A stretch of DNA of 64,000 nt, from the NCBI GenBank assembly GCA_026770705.1, contig JANJGN010000017.1, forward strand, positions 110,050,001-110,114,000. Direction: 5' to 3'. This document shows positions 26,642-39,054 of the stretch, one piece after another (position 1 is the stretch's first letter; each line of letters starts with the position of its first letter). The notes beneath the pieces are model-generated. The model was not told the DNA's origin. It made no database searches and was given only the letters and a program-made list of their open reading frames with translations. The translations under genes and the position numbers were made by a program. The stretch is from Isurus oxyrinchus. Its lineage: Eukaryota.

Positions 26642-29555
26642 TGTCCACTGCCTGCATAACCACCCTGGTTATTGCTTGCAGGTCTGACTATCTTGCACCT
26701 TCTTTCCAGTAAAACAGTCTGGCCCCCATTTACTGTTTAACAACAAAGCCACCCAAGCTTGTTCTCAGGCAGAATTCAGAATTGGTCACATGACCACTTC
26801 ATTCTCCCATTTTATCTTAAGTTAAAGACACAGTCCCAAAACATTACTATCTTACAAACCTAATATTTATAAAGGGCACATAGTCCAAAAATCAGAGCTA
26901 GACATAAGAACATAAGAAATAGGAGCAGAAGAAGGCCATTTGGCCCCTCAAGCCTGCCCCGCCATTCAATAAAATCATGGCTTATCTGCCCCAGGCCTCA
27001 ACTCCTGTTTCATGCCAGCTCCTCATAACCCTCAACTCCCCGATATTTCAAAAATCTGTCTACCTCCCCTTTAAATCCTTTCAGTGATGTAGCTTTCACA
27101 ACTCTCTGGGGAAGAGAATTCCAGACATTCGCTGCCCTCTGAGAGAAGAAATTCTTTCGTATTTCAGTTTTAAATGAGTGTCCCCTTATTCTGTAACTAT
27201 GTCCCCTAGTTTGAGATACCCCACTAGTGGAAACATCTTCTCAACATCTAACTTGTCAAGCCCCCTCAGAACTCGTGTACGTTTCAATAAGATCACCTCT
27301 CAATCTTCTAATCTCTAATGAATAAGGGCCCAACCTGTTTAGCTGTTCTTGAAATGTCAACTCCTTCATTCCAGGAATCAGCCTAGTGAATCTCTTTTGA
27401 ACTGTCTGCAATGCCAGTATATCCTTTCTTAAATACGGGGACCAAAACTGTACACAGTATTCCAGTGCGGCCTCACCAACATCCTATACAGTTGTAACAA
27501 GACTTCCTTATTTTTAAACTCCAACCCCTAGCAATACAGGCCAAAATTCTATTTGCCTTCTTAATTACTTGCTGCACCTGCATGTTAACATTTTGTGTTT
27601 CATGCATAAGAGCACCTAGACCCCTATGTGCTGCACTTTTTTGGAGTCTCTCTCCTTTTAAATAATAGCCTGCCTTTTGATTTTCCCTATCAAAGTGCAT
27701 GACCTCACACTTTCCTACATTAAACTTCATCTGCCAAGTTTTTGCCCACTCACTCAGCCTATCTATATCCCCTTGCAAATTCCTTATGTCCTCATCACAA
27801 CATGCACCCCCCCCCAACCTATTTTTGTATCATCAGCAAATTTGGATACATTACACTCTGCCCCCTCCTCCAAGTCATTAATATAGATACTAAATAATTG
27901 AGGCCCTAGAACTGATCCTTGTGGCACTCCACTAGTTATATCTTTCCAACCTGAAAAAGACCTATAAGTCTGTTTTCTGTGTGTTAACCAATCCTCAATC
28001 CATACTAACACATTACCCCTGATACCGTAAGGTCCTATCTTGTGCAATAACCTTTTATGTAGCATCTTATCGAATGCCTTCTGGAAATCCAAATAGACTA
28101 CATCTACCAGTTCCCCTTTATCAACTCTCCTCGTTATATCCTCGAAGAACTCGACCAAATAAGCTGACTGGCTTATAGTTTCCTGCTTTTTGTCTCCCTC
28201 CCTTCTTGAACAGGGGCGTCACATTAGCGGTTTTCCAATCCGCTGGGACCCTCCTGGAATCCAGTGAGTTCTGGGGTATTTTGACCAATGCCTCCGCTAT
28301 CTCTGCAGCCACTTCCTTTAAAATCCTTGGATACAGGCCATCAGGCCCTGGTAACTTGTCTGCCTTTAGTCCCATTGGCTTTTCAAATACTTTGCCCCTC
28401 GTGATAGAGACTGTTACAAGATCTTTCCTCCCATTAGCTCCTTGCTTACCTCATATCTTTGGAATGTTTATAGTGTCCTTCACCTTAAACACCAATGCAA
28501 AATATTGGTTTAAGTTATTTGCCATTTCCCTGTTCCCTGTTATCAATTCTTCAGTCGCATCCTCCAAGGGTCCCATGGTCACTTTAGCCACACTCTTTCT
28601 TTTTATATACCTGTAGAAGCTCTTGCTGTTTGTTTTTGTATTTCTTGCCAATATACTTTCATAATCAATTTTCTCCCTCTTTACTAGCTTTTTAGTCATC
28701 CACTGCTGGTTCCTAAAAAAAAAATTCCCAATCCTCTGGCCTACCACCAGTTTTCGCCACTTCTTATGCCTTTGTTTTTGATTGGATACTCTCCCTGACC
28801 ACCTTTGTTAACCACGGGCAGTTCATCCTTCTCATCCAGCCCTTCTTTTTGACTGGGATAAATTTATGCTGAGCATTTTGAAATATCTGCTTAAATGGTT
28901 GCCACTGTTCATCCACTGACCTTCCCCTTAGTCTGTTTTCCCAGCCCGCATTAGACTACTCTTTCTTCATACCTCTGTAATTACCCTTATTTAAGTTGAG
29001 GTCACTGGTTTGAGGTCCAAGTTGCTTGCCCTCAAACTGAATTTGAAATTCTACCATGTTGTGATCGCTACCCCCTAGACGATCCTTAACTACGATATCT
29101 CTTATTAATCCCACCTCATTACACATTACTAGATCTAAAATAACCTGTTCCCGGGTACTTTCTGCAACGTAATGCTCTAAGAAACAATCTCTGATGCATT
29201 CTACAAATTCGTCTTCCATGTTACCACTGCAAATCTGATTTGTCTATCGATATGCAGATTAAAATCACCCATTACAAATGTAGTACCCTTCTTACACGCC
29301 TCCTTTATTTCCCGATTTATACTTTGTGAGGCAACACTTCGGGGACCTATAAACGACTCCCATCCATGACTTCTTCCCCTTGCCATTCCTTATTTCCATC
29401 CAAACTGATTCCAAATCACGATCTATTGCACCTTTATCACTACTCACCACTGCACTGACACCTTCCTTTATTAACAAAGCTACCCCACCTCCCTTTCCTT
29501 TTTGTCTATTTTTCCAGAACATCGAATACCCATGAATATTGAGTTCCCAGTCTTG

Positions 29556-30208
29556 GGGCAGGATCTTGTGGTCAGCGAGCGGGGATGGGGCCCACTCGCC
29601 AACACATAAAAGGACGCGGGATGACGTTGGGTGGAACACCCGACGTCACCCCGCGTCATTTCTATTTTCAGGCCGGCGGGGGCACAGCTGAGTCAGCTGC
29701 GCACCCACCGACCTATCAATGGCTTATTGAGGCCATTGAAAAACTAATTAGGGTCATCAATGGACCTGCCCATCCAACCTTAAGGTTCATGGGCAGGCCG
29801 GAAGCCCTGGAGGGCTTTGGAAAAAGCATGAAACCTCATTGGGCAGGATGAGGTTTCATGAGGGTATTTAAATTTTAATGACATCTTTCAATAAAAGTTA
29901 TGGACATGTCCCAATCCATGTATTAATTGGGTTTAATATTTATTTAAAATTTTAAATTGGAGACAATCTCCCTGAGGCAGCATGCGCACGAAAGAGCGCA
30001 CTCCCAGCTGAGGGAATCCCCCCCACCCGTGCAGGGAGCGCATAGCGCTTCTGAGCGGATGTCACGCTGGGCGGGCCTTAATTGGCCTGCCCACATAAAA
30101 TGCCGTCACCCCCCCCCCCCCCACCCCCAATCAGGGGCACTGATTGAAGGCGCAACCGCTCCGACACTTTCTCCCCCGCCTGTTGGGAGGGGGTGGGGAA
30201 TTTTTTCT
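29556..30208. mobile_element. GC-rich MITE (Harbinger-like ends) inserted in the CR1 endonuclease
   Basis: Starts gggcaggatctt. Splits the CR1 sequence agttcccagtcttg|gtcaccctg with a 3-bp ttg duplication. Shares blocks with 24851-25220. Confidence 0.65.
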
Positions 30209-31638
30209 TTGGTCACCCTGGAACGACGTCTCTGTAATAGCTATCGAGTCATATTCATTTATTTCTGTTTGTGCCGTCAACTCATCTATCTTGTTACAAA
30301 TGCTGCGTGCATTCAGATGAAGAGCCTTAAGCTTTGACTTTTTACCATTATTGCTCATTCTGGCTCTGATTTCTGCTGCACTCTCATTTACATTTTCTGC
30401 CCCTTCCTGTTATACTTTGATTATCGTTTGCCTCTTCGCTACCCTGCACCTCTGCCCTCTTGTTTTTTTGATTTTTTCAATTTTCCTTCAGTTGAACTCT
30501 CCCTTCCGCTAATTAGTTTAAAGTCCTATCTACAGCCCCTAGTCATACAATTCATAGGACACTGGGCCCAGCATGGTTCAAATGAAGTCTGTTCCAGCTC
30601 TCTCCTTCCCCAGTACTGGTGCCAGTGCCCCATGATTTGGAACCCATTTCTCCCACGCTAGTCTTTGAGCCATGCATTTACCTCTCTAATCTTATTTACC
30701 TACGCCAATTTGCATGTGGATCAGGTAGTATTCCGGAGATTATTACCTTTGCAGTTCTGCTTTATAATTTAGCCTCGAGCTTCTCGTAATCTCTCAGCAG
30801 AACCTTTTTCCTAATCTTACCATGTTGTTGGTACCTACGTGGACCATGGCAACTGGATCCTTCCCCTCCCACTCCAAGTTCCTCTCCAGCCCAGAAGAGA
30901 TGTCCTTAACCTTGGCACCAGGTAGGCAACACAACCTTTGGGACTCTCTGTCTTTGCTGCAGAGAATAATATCTATTCCACTAACTATGCTATCCCCTAT
31001 TGAGACTACATTTCTCTTTTCTACCCCCACTTGAATGGCGCTCTGTACCACAGTGCTGTGGTCAGTTCACTCATCCTCCCTGCAGTTTGTGCCCTTATCC
31101 ACATCAGGAGCAAGAACCTCATGCCTATTGGACAAGGGCACTGGCTGAGGCTCCTCCAAAGCTAAATTTTGGATCCCCATACCTGTCTCATTCGCAGTCA
31201 AATCCTCCTCTCCCTGATCACGGTCCACATTTGATGTAATTAATCTAAGGAGTGTGACTGTCTTCTGAAACAGTGTCCAGGTAACTCGTCCCCTCCCTGA
31301 TGTGTTGCAGCTCGGACTCCAGCTCGTCAAGTCTGAGCCAAATTTCCTCGAGCAGCCAGCACTTGCTGCAGATGTGGTCACTGTGGATTGCACCGGCGTC
31401 CACCAGCTCCCATATGCTACAGCTGCAACACATCGCCTGCCCAGCCATCTCTATTCTATTTAATTAATTAATTTGGATGTTAAATATTTTAAAAGTGAAT
31501 TTCTTAGCTGTACTCTTCAGCTGTAATAACGTCTCCTAATTTAAACCACTTGGCCAATCAAAGGAGACACGGAAAAGATACCCACCAACCTGTTTTCCTT
31601 TGACTTCACACTTCGGCTCTGACAGGTAGAAACAGGCC

Positions 31639-31760
31639 CTCCTCTCTCACTCCCCTCTTGGTGCTGCTGACTGCCTGTCCCAGGGTCCTCCTCTTGCACT
31701 CTCCTCTAGGTGCTGCTGACCACCTGGCTCAGGGTTCTCCTCTCTCACTCTCCTCTCAGG
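31639..31760. repeat. 49-bp tandem repeat, about 2.5 copies, at the CR1 5' end
   Basis: Units start at 31639, 31688 and 31737 (ctcctctctcactcccctcttggtgctgctgactgcctgtcccagggtc). Confidence 0.8.
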
Positions 31761-32890
31761 ACCTTTCAGGAGTGAAATTTGGAATCATTTCCTCACACAA
31801 AGGATGGTCGAAGTTTGGAACTCACTGAGATTGATTGATTTTTGTTTATCAAAGGTATTCAAGGATATGGGGCAAAGAAGGACTGAGGTAATCCGTAGGA
31901 TTATGTTAAGCCTTTCAGAATTACACCTCTATAATTTAGCAATTATTTTATTTAACATATTTGAAAAATAAGTGTTTCACTCCAGCAACTTGTGAATATA
32001 ATAAGAAACAAGCAGGCAAAGTTTAAAAAATTGTTTCAGGTATAGACTTCAAAATTAGCGGAAACATGTAAAGGGATAAAATTATATGACCATCCATTCA
32101 TTGCAAAAGTAAAATAGTCTGACTTCAGGTGATAATACAGAAGACTGTGATTGGGAATAGGGAGTCTGTCTTCAGCCCTACTGGCAAGTCTTTCAGATCC
32201 TTTGTACAACACCAAACTTCTCTTTGAACAGCAAATTAAGAAAACGCCTGGAGTTCATGATTCTCAGCCATCGTAAAGCCATCATATATGGAGCCTTTTG
32301 ACAACTTTCTTGCTTTCTTGCTCATTAGTTGCGCAGACAAGGATTTGTTGAGCAACTGCCTTGACAATAGATCTCTGTCTGGTCCAGTTGGCTAGACAGC
32401 TAACGGTGGTTCAGAATAGCACCAACAGCACAGAGTTTGCTCCCCATTCTGGCTGAGATAGACTTAGTGTCTGCCTCCTTATCCTGCCTCGTAGTAAAAT
32501 CAGGCCATAAGCTATGGTTCGGTGATCCTTGAATAATCGAGTGCGCTACGTGGAGAAGAAGAGAGTACAAGAAACAAGCAGGCATAATTTGGAGATTGTT
32601 TCTGGTATTTACTTTTAAACTAGCAGAAAGAAATAACAGTAAAAAATTATTTGACTACCCATTCATTACAAAACTAAAATCGTCTGACATCAGATGATAA
32701 CCCAGAAGATTGTGATTGGAAAAGAGCAAACTTCTAGGTAGATTTTGAGCTGTCCATAAATTTGGTGAGCCAGAGAAGCTCGGAAAATATAAAACAGTTG
32801 TGAATGCCCCTTTGTCCTGACTGGTGCTTACACTGGCTTCACAGCCATGTGAAGTGTTTTCGCCTATCTACAGCAGATGTACAATATCAT

Positions 32891-33021
32891 CTGAAGAAGG
32901 GTCACACGGACTTTAGACGTTAACTCTACTTCTCTCTCCACAGCTGCTGCTAGACCTGCTGAGCTTTTCCAGCATTTTCTGTTTTTGTTTTCCAGCATCC
33001 ATAGTATTTTGCTTTTATCTT
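32891..33021 (+). mobile_element. Older PLE-derived single arm
   Basis: ctgaagaagggtc...gttaactct...gacctgctgagcttttccagcattttctgtttttg. 14-bp TSD atgtacaa(t/c)atcat (32877-32890, 33022-33035). Confidence 0.7.
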
Positions 33022-35160
33022 ATGTACAACATCATAACTTGGGAGACCCAACAATGCTACCAGCAAGGGTCTATAAGTACTGTAAGAACAAATAGGCTGC
33101 TGGGTTATGCTGATTAATTTGAGTAAATGTTCAAAATCAACATATATACGTATCTTTGCTTTTATCATTGATTACCTATAATTTCTTATGCTAAACAGGA
33201 AAAAGGGGAATTTGGGGATGTACGTGCCTTATTTCAAAATATTCTTGGGGAAATTCCCCAGATTATTTTCTTCGTGTTTCATTTGGTTGCAGAAATGTTC
33301 CAGCAGCTGCTAAAGAGTTAAAAGACTTCATAATTAAACCGTGAATAATTAGATTTAAAATCAGATGTGCTATTTGTGCCAAACACTCAAGGCAGAATCA
33401 CAGAGGTATGGAGCTGCAGATGGTGCTGGGCTGACATACTTTGACATAAGGTTTGTTGATCCATAATTAGCGTATCATATATTCCATAGCCCTGTAATCT
33501 GAGGCACACCGAGAATAAGATACAATTTAGAAAGCATTGGGTTCACAACTGCTCACTAATCTATAATTGCATTCAATAAAAGTGCTTTCCTAATGAAATA
33601 AAGAAGACAGTTACTAAGGGGTATTTCAGCATCTTCTACCCAGACTCAATTTAAAATGTACTAAAATGTTGTTCAAACACTGCATCTTTTAACTTTCTAT
33701 GGGCTGGTAGTGAATAACTATCTTTGATAAATTGTTTTCTTCTTAATTTCAGAAGTATATTCTTCTCACCCTGCAACAATTAAAAAGTTTTATAATTGAC
33801 TGAGCACCTCGCAGACATGTTGTTAATCAACAGCATGGGCTATGGCATTCTTGAACTTGCATCAAGAAGGAATGCAAAGCTTTTTAATGTCTATGTACTA
33901 GATCATTACCTTTCCCTTTGGAAGGAGCTAATATTGGGCTGTTGCATGAGAATTTATCAGTTGTACCTTTCATAATAAACTTCATGGAGCCATATGCTAA
34001 TGAGTTGGAGGCTTCAGTAGAACAGAAAAATTTGAGATTTTACAGATGAAACCTGTTTGCTGATTAAGTTTTGAACTCTGAAATATCCTCAGTCCCCAGT
34101 GGAATTGATTCCCCTATATAAATGTGTAGCAGGGTTCTATCGAAGAATAATGTACTTGTTTCTCTGCAGGAAAGATATGATGGAGACCTGGGACAAATTC
34201 ATTTAGGAATTGCTGAATGAACTTTCTGAGCATTGTTGCAAAAGTAGTTAAAATGGTAGTTTGCCAGTAATTTGCTTACGGTTTGAAAGATGGTCTTTTC
34301 CCCTGAAGGTATTTAAAAGTGTTGCAGGTGTTAAATAATGTCAAAGCATCAAAAACGTTTTAAACTAATTTCTGCCATGTTTCAACAAAATATCATATAT
34401 TCTTGTACAAAGCTTCAGAAATTTAAACCAACTTTGCAGGCATCTCATTAAAAATATCAGACCCTTTGAATGGAACTTTTATTTGCGTTGGTTTATTACA
34501 CTTCGTAAACTGAATTTCCTTAATTTTACTGCATCCTGTACCAGCATATGATGCAAGATGCTAAGTATTGGTTCATAATCATAACTTGTTTTTTTAAAAT
34601 TCATTCATTGGATATGGGCGTCGCTGACTAGGCCAGCATTTATTGCCCTTAAGAAGGTGGTGTTGTGCTGCCTTCTTGAACCACTGCAGTCCATGGGTGT
34701 AGGTACACCCACGGTGCTATTGGGAAGGGAGTTCCAGGTTTTTGACCCAGCGACAGTGAAGAAACAGTGATATATTTCCAAGTCAGGATGGTGAGTGGCT
34801 TGGAGAGGAACTTCCAGTTTGTGGTATTCCCATGTGCCTGCTGCTCTTGTCCTTCTAAATGATAGCTGCCGTGGGTTTGGAAGGTGCTGTCTAAGGAGCT
34901 ATGGTGAGTTCCTGCAGTGCATCTTGTAGAGGGTACACACTGCTGCCACTTTGTTTCATTGGCAGACAGAATGAATGTCTGTGGATGTGGCGCCAACCAA
35001 GTGGGCTGCTTTGTCTTGGATGGTGTTGAGTTTCTTGAGTGTTGTTGGAGCTGCGCTCATCCAGGCAAGTGGAGAGTATTCCATCACACTCCTGACTTGT
35101 GCGTCATAGATGGTGGACAGGCTTTGGGGAGTCAGGAGCTGAGTTACTCTCCACAATATT

Positions 35161-35437
35161 ATAGACTCATAGACGTTACTGCAAAGAAGAAGGCCATTTG
35201 GCCCATCATGTCCACACCAGTCAACAAAGACCTGACTACACTAATCCCATTTTCCAGCGCTCGGCCCATAACCCTGGAGGCTATGGAAATGCAAGTGAAT
35301 ACCTAAACACTTCTTAAATGTTGCGAGAGTTTCTGACTCAACCACCCTTTCAGGCAGTGAGTTCCAGACTCCCACCACCCTCTGCGTGAAAAAATTCCTC
35401 AATTTCCCTCTTATCCTTCTACCTCTTAACTTAAATT
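35161..35437 (-). mobile_element. CR1 3' fragment nested in the LINE
   Basis: catagacgttactgcaaagaagaaggccatttggcccatc... is a CR1-type 3' end; the host LINE resumes at tcccaacctctgacctgctc. Confidence 0.7.
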
Positions 35438-36471
35438 TATTCCCAACCTCTGACCTGCTCTTGTTGCCACAGTGTTTATATGGCTAGTCCAGTTGAGTTT
35501 CTAGTTAAAGGTAACCCCCAGGCTATATAGTGGGGGATTGAATGTCAAGGGGAGATGGTGGATTCTGTTGGAGATAGTTATTGCCTGACGCTTGCGTGGC
35601 GTGAATATTACTTGTCACGTATCAGTCCAAGCCTGAATGTTGTCCAGGTCCTGCTGCATATGGGCACAGATTGCTTAAGTATCTGATAAGTCACTATTGG
35701 TGCTGAACATTGTGCAATCATCAGCTAACATCCCCACTTCTGACCTTATGAAGGGTCACAGATTAAGCAGCTGAAGTTGTTTGGGCCTAGGTAACTACCC
35801 TGAGGAACTCCTGCAGTGATGTCCAGGACTGAGATGATGGACCCCCAACAATCACAACCATCCTCCTTTGTGCTAGTTAAGACTCCAACCAGTGGAGAGT
35901 TTTCCACTATTGATTCTAGGTTTGCTAGGGCTCCTCGACGCCACACTTAACAAATACTGCCTTGATGTTAAGGGCAGTCATTCTCACCTCACTTCTTAAG
36001 TTCAGCTCTCTTGTCCATGCTTGGATCAAGGTTGTATTGAGGTCAGAAGCTGAGTGTCCCTGACGGAACCCAAACTGTCAGTGAGCAGGTTATTGCTGAT
36101 TAATGCTTAATGCACTGTTGACGACAATATCCAGCACTTTTCTGATGATCAAGAGTAGACTGATGGGGCGGTAATTAGCTGAGTTGGGATTTGTTTTGCT
36201 TTTTGTGGACAGGACATGCCTGAGCAGTTTTCCACATTGTCGGTTAGATGCCAATTTGCAGATGTACTGGAACAGCTTGGCTAAGGGTGCAGCTAGTTCT
36301 GGAGCACAAGTCTGCAGTACTATTGCTGGAGGGAGTGTTGTCAGGGCCCATAGCCTTTGCAGCGTACAGTGCCTTCAGCAGTTTCTTGATATCATGTGGA
36401 GTGAATCGAATTGGCTGAAGACTGGCATCTGAGATATTGGGAACCTCAGGAGGAGGCCACTTCTGGCCGAA

Positions 36472-36701
36472 ACAAAAGCAAGATATTGCGGATGCTGGAA
36501 ACCTGAAACAAAAACAGCAAATGCTGGAAAAGCTCAGTAGGCCTAACAGCATCTGTGGAGAAAAAAAACGGTCTTTATGCCTATGACTCCTTATGACTAT
36601 GATTAAGAGTCATAAGGACTCAAAACGTTAACTCTGTTTTTTTCTCTCCACAGATGCTGTTAGACCTGCTGAGTTTTTCCAGCATTTTCTGTTTTTGTTT
36701 T
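36472..36701. mobile_element. Older PLE-derived inverted pair nested in LINE ORF
   Basis: Diverged inverted arms. 13-bp TSD acttctggc(c/t)gaa (36459-36471, 36702-36714) interrupts the LINE reading frame at IFSQK. Confidence 0.72.
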
Positions 36702-38720
36702 ACTTCTGGCTGAAGATTGCTACAAATGCTTCAGCCTTGTCTTTTGCGCTGCCATGCTGGACATCTCCATCATTGAAGATGGGGATATTTGTGGAGCCTC
36801 CTCCTCCTGTTTGTTGTTTAATTGTGCACTTGCATTCATTTCTGGATGTGACAGGACTGCAGAGCTTAGATCTCATACGTTGATTGTGGGATTGCTTAGC
36901 TCTCTCTTTGCCATGCTTTCGCTGTTTGGCATGCAAGTGACCCTGTGTTGTATTTTCACCAGGTTGGCACGTCATTTTTATGTATGCCTGGTGCTGCTCC
37001 TGACATGCCCTCCTGGACTCTTCATGGAACCAAGGTTGATCTCCCAGCTTGTTGCTAATGGTAGAGTGGGGGATATGCTGGGCCATGAGAATACAGATGG
37101 TGGTTGTACAGAATTCTGCTGCTGCTGATGGTCCACAGCGCCTAATGGATGCCCAGTTTTGAGTTGCTAGATCTGTTTGAAAGTTATCCCATTTAGGATG
37201 GTGGTACTGCCATGCAACGCGATAGAGGGTATCCTCAATGTGAAGGCTGGACTTCGTCTCCACAATGACTATGCTGTGGTCGCTCCTACCGATAATATCA
37301 TAAACAGATGCATCTGTGACAGGTAGATTGGTGAGATGAGGTCAAGTATGTTTTTCCCTCTTGTTGGTTCTCACACCACCCGCCGTAGACCCCGTCTAGG
37401 AGCTATGTCCTTTAGGACTTAGCCAGTTTGGTCAGTAGTGGTCCCACTGAGCCATTCTTGGTGATGAACATAGAAGACCCGTACCCACCACATTCTGTGC
37501 CCTTGCCACCCTCGGTGCTTTCTCCAAGTGGTGTTCAACATAGAGGGGGTGGGGGTGGGGGTGGGGGGGGGGAGGGGGGGGGGTCCATGTTGCTTGACTA
37601 GTCTGTGTGACGGCTCTCCTAATTTTGACACAAGTCCTAGATGTTTGTAAGGAGGACTTTGCAGAGTCGACAGGGCTGGGTTTGCCGTTGTTGTTTCTGG
37701 TTCCTTGAACGATGCCGGGTGATCTGTCCAGTTTCATTCCTTTTTATAGACTTTGTAGCAGTTTTGATACAACAGAGTGGCTTGCTTGGCCATTTCAGAG
37801 GGCATTTAAGAGTCAACTACATTGCTGTGGGTGTAGAGTCACCTGTAGGCCAGACCAGGTAACGACAGCAGATTTCCTTCCCTAAAGGACATTAGTAAAC
37901 TAGATGGGTTTTTACCACAACTGACAATGGATTCATGATCACTATTACCAATTTTTAATTCCTGGTTTATCAGTTAAATTTAAATTCCACCAGCTGTCGT
38001 GGTGGGATTTGAACTCGTGTCCCCAGAGCATTAACCAGGGCCAATGGATTACTCATCCAGCGACGTTACCACTCCACCGCTGCCTCCCCTAAATCATGCT
38101 GAAATTACACACTTATTTTAAAAACATGATTTTATGGGATAAGATCAGTACATTAGTGTTTTTAGATGTATCATTAAAAAATTGTGGTCCTTTGATGGAT
38201 TGGAAGATAAATCCCTACATCATACTGAATCTTGCACATCATGAAGTTCCTAGGTTTATTATCCAGTCCATGTTGTCTTAGCTGATTACTCAGGGTTTCT
38301 TTCCTCAATGTTGTCTAGTGATTCTTGCTGAGAAAGGCAGATGAAATGTCAGGGCTCAGCTATAATGCTCCCCCGCACCCCCCAACCTCACCTCCCCATT
38401 AAATAGCCTGTTGTGGTTCAGTCATGAAGAATGCCCACTTGAGCAGGGTACCACAAGTCTACTAACCATGCACCCTTGGTGCTGTGCCCAGTGTCTAACA
38501 GCACCTCTTGGGAGAAAAGAACTATTGTCCTAATTAATCTCATTTATGCTACGAATTGCTGAGAATTGAAGTTGAAATCTTTGCCACCTAAAGTAGCTTT
38601 TATTTTTAGTCTGCAGTTTAGCTTTAATATTATAAACGAATGCCCACCTTCACTCTAAGTTGATTGTGTTCAGTAGAATGGTGTCTGTATCATTAACATC
38701 CTGCTGTGTGTTAACTGCAG

Positions 38721-38815
38721 GAGTGCCAGGTGAACCACTGCCTGTGGAAAGTGAAAAGGACATCTTTGATTACATCGAGTGGCAATATCGAGAGCCGCGA
38801 GAGCGAAGTGAGTGA
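38721..38815 (+). CDS. POLB: DNA polymerase beta, last coding exon
   Basis: aactgcag|GA then [30 protein letters not shown] and TGA. Matches the human C-terminus [31 protein letters not shown]. Confidence 0.97.
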
Positions 38816-39048
38816 GTGTCACCTGAGGGTTACCCTCAGAACCTCTTTACACAAGACGTACTCTGAAGTTCTGTGGGAATGAAAATGTGATGAGTCCTGA
38901 TAAGTGTAGAACTAGCTGAAACTTTCATAAGGATTCCTCAATTACTTGCTAAAGAACTTTGTATACACATAGATGGCTAGTATATTATGCATGAAGATTG
39001 CCTTTGTGGAGATGATCAGCTTTTCTATAAAATTCTGTGTGGCATACC

Positions 39049-39054
39049 AATAAA
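39049..39054 (+). terminator. Candidate POLB polyadenylation signal AATAAA
   Basis: First AATAAA about 235 nt after the POLB stop, followed by T/GT-rich sequence. Confidence 0.55.

Larger units (their letters stand above)
26903..31760 (-). mobile_element. Near full-length decayed CR1 LINE (ORF1 zinc-finger/esterase, ORF2 APE-RT)
   Basis: (TTCTTATG)n-type 3' tail at 26903. RT fragments [27 protein letters not shown]. Endonuclease LNARSI, ITET, GDFN, GGSDHN. ORF1 CCSCSIWE..HICSKC and IGDSIV/HVGTNN. Multiple frameshifts and stops. Confidence 0.93.
34589..38089 (-). mobile_element. Decayed CR1/L2-group LINE with tRNA-like 5' head; contains nested insertions
   Basis: 3' tail at 34589. RT-region fragments AGVPQGSYLGP and LSTIYDAQVRSVMEYSPLAW. 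Endonuclease start KLGEPSHRLVKQ and HVEHHLE. Head with A-box-like 38066-38078 and B-box GAGTTCAAATCC 38005-38016 on -. Confidence 0.85.

Noticed and set aside
25230-26860. Possible minus-strand LTR relics ending at atcatgaca (about 25888) and cttaca (about 26856)
   Set aside because: The opposite ends and TSDs could not be defined.
36700-37263. Longest ORF in the window (187 aa) as a host gene
   Set aside because: It is part of the LINE ORF between the endonuclease and RT domains.
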